Assembly (NCBI RefSeq): GCF_009914755.1
Contig: NC_060929.1
Source: the human T2T-CHM13v2.0 reference genome, Homo sapiens
DNA: 64,000 nucleotides
Strand: one strand, 5' to 3'
A program made the position numbers and the translations under genes. The notes beneath the pieces are model-generated. The model saw only the letters and a list, made by a program, of their open reading frames with translations, was not told where the DNA came from and searched no databases. Below are positions 58,381 through 64,000 of this stretch, piece after piece; position 1 is the stretch's first letter, and every line of letters begins with the position of its first letter.

Positions 58381-60379
58381 ATTAGAGAGAATACTTAAGA
58401 GAAAGACTTGCTCCTCTTCAGTCCTAGGAGCTTATTGGTTTTTAATTCCCTGTGGCATACAGTACAGGGATATCAGGTACCGAAGCATTTGTTTCAAGAA
58501 TGTTTCAAGAATGCCCCATTTCGACAAAATTTGGTCATTGTCATATCCAAAGCAGTGTTTTCTTAAAATGGGTAGTTTACTTCTTCAAGTAAGTTGCTGA
58601 TTACTTTGTTCTCAAACTTTTGAAAAAGGGCAAGAAATTATTTGTGGGAAATCTCTGATTAATCCTGTCTTTAAAAAGTGAGACCAGAGAGACATTGCCC
58701 TTGCTTAGACCATATTGCATAAAGTCAACGGATCCTTGCACAGACTTAGTTGAGAGGATTTGTGGTTGCTTAAGCTTTAAATCAGAGCTTGAGCAAGACA
58801 CTCGTGGGATTGGTCAGAATATGGCAGGGGCAGTTTTCAGGGAATGACCACTTCATTTTACCCCTAATGAGGTGGCAATGCCAAGATGCTGTGGATTTTA
58901 CCCAAGTTGTTGTGTAGGCACTTTTTAATGAAGTCTCAGGCATATTTTTGCATGCTTTTACCCAGCAGTCTAACCATGCTTCAAAGTTTCAATCTTTTGA
59001 TTGATCTCACTCATCTTGTTTGGGGGTGGGGGCTCGGGGGTAAGGGAAAGCTTCTGTAGCTGGTTGGAGGCAGATCCCACAAGAAAGCAATAAACTTCAG
59101 AATTGAATAAGAATCCAATTTGTGTAGGCTAACTCTTTTTGATAGTGTTAATTTTTTTCATTCTATGTGTACACTTCCATGACCAAAACTTCTTTTTCAT
59201 CGGACCACTCATTAACTATAGCCCACAGCAGTTAATTTCCTGGCTCTCCCTCCCACTGCTACTTCACTTTATTTGTTTAGCTGACAGGCTTTTGAAGCAA
59301 GCCGGCTAAAGCCTACAAGAATTCCTGGTTTTTTTCTTCCTTCATTCTTGTTCTTATTAGGAATATGGACAAGATGCTAGTGTGTATATTCCAACTGAAA
59401 ATTGTGCTAGAGTTTTCTATCTCTTGGGAAAGAATCAAATTGCTTCATAATCATCATGGACCCAATTCTGTAACTATTCGTAGACAAAATTCTTGTTAGT
59501 GCCAAGGGGAGTTTTGCCCTCATTTACGGCTACAAGATCAAGTGGTAAAGGTATTTATAGCCACCTCATTCTCCCTAGGAAAATAAGTTAAACTAGATGG
59601 AAAAAAATTACTAAATGTGCTATAGATGTTTTACTTTTTACTAAAACAATTCTTCTAAGTAAAAAAAATTTTTTAAAAAAAACCTTACAAAGAAGAAAAG
59701 AAAATTAAAATTAACTGCTGACTAGTACTTTAGCTGAAAATTATCTTCTTTCTCACTTTTCATAATATAATGCACATTTTACTTACAGGACACAATGAAA
59801 TATAAAAATTACTGAATCTCCTTTCTTAGCCAAACATGGAGTGCAAATTCTGTCCCTCATAAAACACATAAAAAACTTTGAAAGTTACCGGGCCCTTAGA
59901 AAGTCAAACACATTCAAACAGCACTGTCTTTCCAAAAATGTATAGGCATCGACCTTATCAACACCAAGCTCACTCGTAATAGTACTTAAGTCTCTTCTCA
60001 GCCTTCCTCTTCCCCTCTTTCCACTTTGGCGTTCAAAAGGTGAATGCTGAATAGTAGAAAAAAACAGATAACTTCAAGCTGGAACTTTAGCTCTATTCTA
60101 GTTTCACAACTATCCCTTTGGTGAAAAGTCCTTGACCTTTCTGGTCTTAATAATTCATTTATAAATGAATGGGGTGGAGTAGCTATTCTCAAGTTTCTTC
60201 TAGATAAAAAAAAAAAAAAATCTCATGATAGCGACAGGTTATAAATTTTATACAAATATTTAACTTTATTTACATAATGGTAAAACTGAAAAGGGGAAAG
60301 CCAATTGATATATTATATTATTCATGTCCTACACAACTTTATAAACTTGTTTCTGATTTTAAAAAATTAAATGACTAGT

Positions 60380-60600
60380 TCAGCAGCAAGAGAAGAGACT
60401 TTAAATTCACACAGACTTGTATTAGATTGCTGGCTCTGTAAGGTGACTTTGGGCAAATCACTTTGTCTCAAAATAGAAATTTAAAATCGACTTATCAGTA
60501 AAATAGGGATATTGATACCTGTCTTACAGGATTGTTAAGATAATAAAGCAAGTAACACTTTCCATGCCAGACACATAACATCCCAATAAATGGTTGCCAT
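60380..60600 (+). mobile_element. MIR SINE
   Basis: GTGACTTTGGGCAAATCACTT...GTAAAATAGGGATATTGATACCTGTCTTACAGGATTGTT. Confidence 0.75.
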
Positions 60601-60637
60601 TCTGACTGTATTATGCCCTATATAGGTACAGCTGAGG

Positions 60638-61109
60638 TGAACAAAAGTTCTCTGAAAAGGAATTTGAAGGAAAGAGACTTTATTCCAGGGAACACTTTGC
60701 AAACCGGGGAGATGCAGCCTTCAGTGTAAAAGCGGCCTTCAGTGTAAAATGAAGATATGTTCCAGAGAATAAGGAAAGCTTGACTTCTGTACAGAAAGTT
60801 CCAGCCCAGGTTCCCAATTTCCCAAGTTCACTTAGGCAAATGAAAAACGTCAAACTTGCTTAGTTCTGATTGGTTGATGCTACTGAGTTCTGATTGGTCA
60901 ATGCATCTGAGTTCTGATTGGTTGATGCATGCCAGCCTAAGTGGTTGGCTCAGGCCAGGTGAACAGGAACAGTCAGGTATGAAAACCCTAAAGTTAGACA
61001 GCAGCATAGGTGTTCTGGTAACTCAGAGAAATGTTTGGCTCTATTTTAAATTTAGGCCCAGTTAGCCATTCAGGATTCATCTTGAGGGATTGACTTTTTC
61101 AGGTTCACA
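60638..61109 (-). mobile_element. ERV1 solo LTR (MER67-like)
   Basis: Minus strand begins TGTGAACCTGAAAAAGTCAATCCCTCAAGATGAATCCTGAATGGCTAACTGGGCCTAAATTTAAAATAGAGCC; has AATAAA and CCAAT repeats. Confidence 0.75.
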
Positions 61110-61247
61110 GTAGTAAAAAAAAGTAGTAAAAAAGTAGTTAAAAAAAAATTGGTTTATTATAATTAGGAGACTTGAATAATTCTAGTTCTTCCACAACTAG
61201 TTGAGTCACAGTTTGCTCCTTTATAAAATGAAGTATTGAAAAAAAGA

Positions 61248-61377
61248 TTTTTTTTTTTTTTTTTTAGAGAAAGGGTCTTGCTGTGTTGCCCAAGCTCATC
61301 TTGAACTCCTGGCCTCAAGCAATCTTCCTCAGCCTCCTCAGTAGCTGAGATTTAAGGTGAGCACCACTGTGCCTGGC
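61248..61377 (-). mobile_element. Alu monomer (FLAM)
   Basis: Single arm with poly-T; approximate TSD AAA(A/G)GAT(T/C)TTT. Confidence 0.85.
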
Positions 61378-63084
61378 ACCAAAGGATCTTTAGCTCTCCT
61401 TCTAGCCTAAATGTTTCAATTTAGTATTGAAAACATTTCAATTTAGTACCCAGCATACAGATATTCTTTCCTACAAGGATTTTAATAATCTCAATTGTTT
61501 TCAATAGTTTGTTATAACAGTTCTTGTTCTTCTCTGACTTTGCTAGTAAATATTGAGCCTTTTCCCTCTGGTGTCTGTATTAGTGGTACTTAGAATTAAA
61601 GTAGATTTTTCAAGGACAAACAAATTGATCTGTATTTGAAAACTAGGTCCTTGAATTTTATAGGAAAAGACATTTAAAATAATAAAATACAAATATTGTA
61701 TTTTTAGTATTCAAATCAACCCCTTAGTAATTTGGCTTATGAAGAGCAGAAAGAAAGGAATTTAGAAGAACCTCAACAGAGTAATAATTATTTAAACACA
61801 GGAACATTTCCCTTGAGTTGATAGTGCAGTATATTTTTTTCCTATTCAAAATGAACCTACAATAAAATATGCTAAAAACATAACTGGCACTTTTGTTTTG
61901 TACTGCGAGTGAATTTCAAGTACATACTATTTTACTCTGAGGTATCCATTAGGATTGGATCTTCATTTCATAGTTGGATAGCTTTAATAAAATGAGAATC
62001 TGATTGACAACTCAACATATAGCCATTGTTCATTAAATTATCTGGTTTAAACAAAATAAATCTATTTAACAAATTATCTCTTATACTACGTCTGTGTTCC
62101 CTAAATATTGACAGTCACTCAGAAATACCTATATTGCTATAGCTGGTTTCTCCTGGCACCAAAATATCATAGCTTGAAGAGTATTTAGAAGATTGCAATT
62201 AATTTTACATTTGAAACCACCAAACTATCAATGGCAGATAAAAGTCCGTATCTTTGTAAAAACAAATCTCTATCCCAAAAATCATGCAAAATATATATCC
62301 ATGTTAGAGAAAAAAATGCTGCTAAAATGCCAATGAATTTTTCAAATGTATTTGAACAGGAATGCAGCCGGTGCATCACCTGATAATAAGTACATAAGAT
62401 GTAAAACGAAATATATTGTGTGATGAACCTATATATATATATTCTTAAAGACATCTTGAACCATCATAAAATCATATTAGTATTGATTTTTGTTTAAATA
62501 AGCATTGCAGACTGAAATGCCTTCAGGGCATAGGCAAGTATCATAAATGTACGAAGGAGTCAGAAACAATTGAGAAGTGTTAGGACTCCACTTTATAGCA
62601 CAATGTATGCCTTAACTAAAAACTGTTCACACTACATTAAAATCCAAATAAAAACCATGATAACCAAATTCAACACACAGGGGGCAGATTTTTATTCTCA
62701 AACAAATAAAAGAGTCAGATTCGCACAAGAGGCTTAGAGTTATATTCCTGCTTTAAAAAAGAGATAGTAATAGAAACTAAATACAGGAAGAAAATTTATT
62801 TGAGAAGTTGAGGATGAACGAGGAACAAATGGAAACTTAATTAAATTCAATCACAGAGAAGTCCTGAAAAGTGTATTTTATAATTCAAAGGACATAGCCA
62901 AGATACTTCCTCAGTTTTCCTCAAAGGAAAAAAAAATTGGAACGTTGATAGAAATGTTCTGAACTTTGACCCTAATAATGAAAATTCTATAATCACAGCT
63001 GAGAACCTGAAAAACGAAGACTCCTGGGACAAGGTTATCAATTTCAAATTCTTTCAACTTCTCTGTAGTAGGGACTTCAATGTA

Positions 63085-63152
63085 AAAAGGAAAAGAAAAA
63101 GAAGATGGAAGAGGAGAGGAAGAAAGAGAAAAAGGAAGTAGAGAAAAAAGAT
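63085..63152. repeat. Purine-rich (GA/A-rich) low-complexity tract
   Basis: About 68 nt almost entirely A and G. Confidence 0.8.
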
Positions 63153-64000
63153 CAGAATTTTTTCTCTAGCCCATTGGTTCATGAGGTTTGACTGAGACAA
63201 ATATACCGATCAAATTTAGCATTCTCTGTATTGAGACAGTGAAAGCATGTGGTCAAAATTTTCTCCTGTCTGAATGGCCACATTCAATTTATTAATTCAT
63301 TTTAACTTCAAACAAATCAAATTATTTTCCTACACATCTAATCTGGTTGATTGCTAATCACTCATAAGATGACTGACAGGATGTGTCCCTATGGCCTCTC
63401 TGTCTAATCTCCATGGGATGGCTTGATTGGCTTGGGACTTCTATTAAACTGACATTTTACAGGCAAGGCTCTCATCTTATCTGTGAGGTTGTCTTATTCA
63501 TTATTTTCCGTTCTCTTTTTTCTTTTTTTTTTTTTTTGTTCTCTGTGGCTACATTTTAGCTATATGAGGTTTTAAAGAACATGGGTCATTCTCCAACATA
63601 GGCTCCAAGTCCTAGCCTTTGAGGTAGTTGTGGGATGTGGTTTTAGCTCCCTGTGTCTTAATACCTCCAACTGTATTAAGACATGGCTTTGAGCATGTTT
63701 TCTCAAGGTGATGATGAGGCTTCACTGCACTAACTAACTAAAAGAGCTGTGACACATAGGGGAGTGAGCACTCAGTAAGCATGTGTTCCTTTTACACTCC
63801 TTACAACAAGAACTGGTAATTATAGCAAATCATCTTCAAGACTTTCAGAGCAACCCTGCTGATTACTAGAATCAATTCAAATGCTCTTTCTGGTCAGAAA
63901 TAAAAATTCTCAAACAAAGAAAGCTTAAATTAATGCCTGAGAGGAATCTGAGGATTCCGTCACTGGCCAAGAACAAGGGTAGCAGCTATTGTAAACATGG

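Overview
Primate (human-like) AT-rich, CpG-depleted genomic DNA dominated by transposable elements. I see no supportable host protein-coding gene, RNA gene or CRISPR array. Subfamily names come from my recall of consensus sequences, not from a RepeatMasker run, and boundaries of old repeats are approximate. Layout: (i) 4.1-20.1 kb is a nested LINE-1 stack: old L1MA > near-full-length L1PA8-10-like element > 5'-inverted L1PA4/5-like element, plus Alus. (ii) 30867-39281 is a complete two-LTR LTR8/HUERS-P1-type provirus with a CAGT TSD, a tRNA-Pro PBS and a PPT. (iii) The rest is MIR, L2, L1ME, MaLR, hAT and Alu fragments in unique sequence, with a candidate enhancer near 50.5-51.4 kb. The best observation is 276 nt of foreign sequence (18741-19016) at the 5' end of the L1PA. 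It comprises a THE1 LTR fragment running from about the LTR transcription start exactly to the THE1 splice donor, joined to 176 nt of unique sequence. This reads as a fossil of an LTR-promoted, spliced 5' transduction. I found no evidence for a wholly new biological system.
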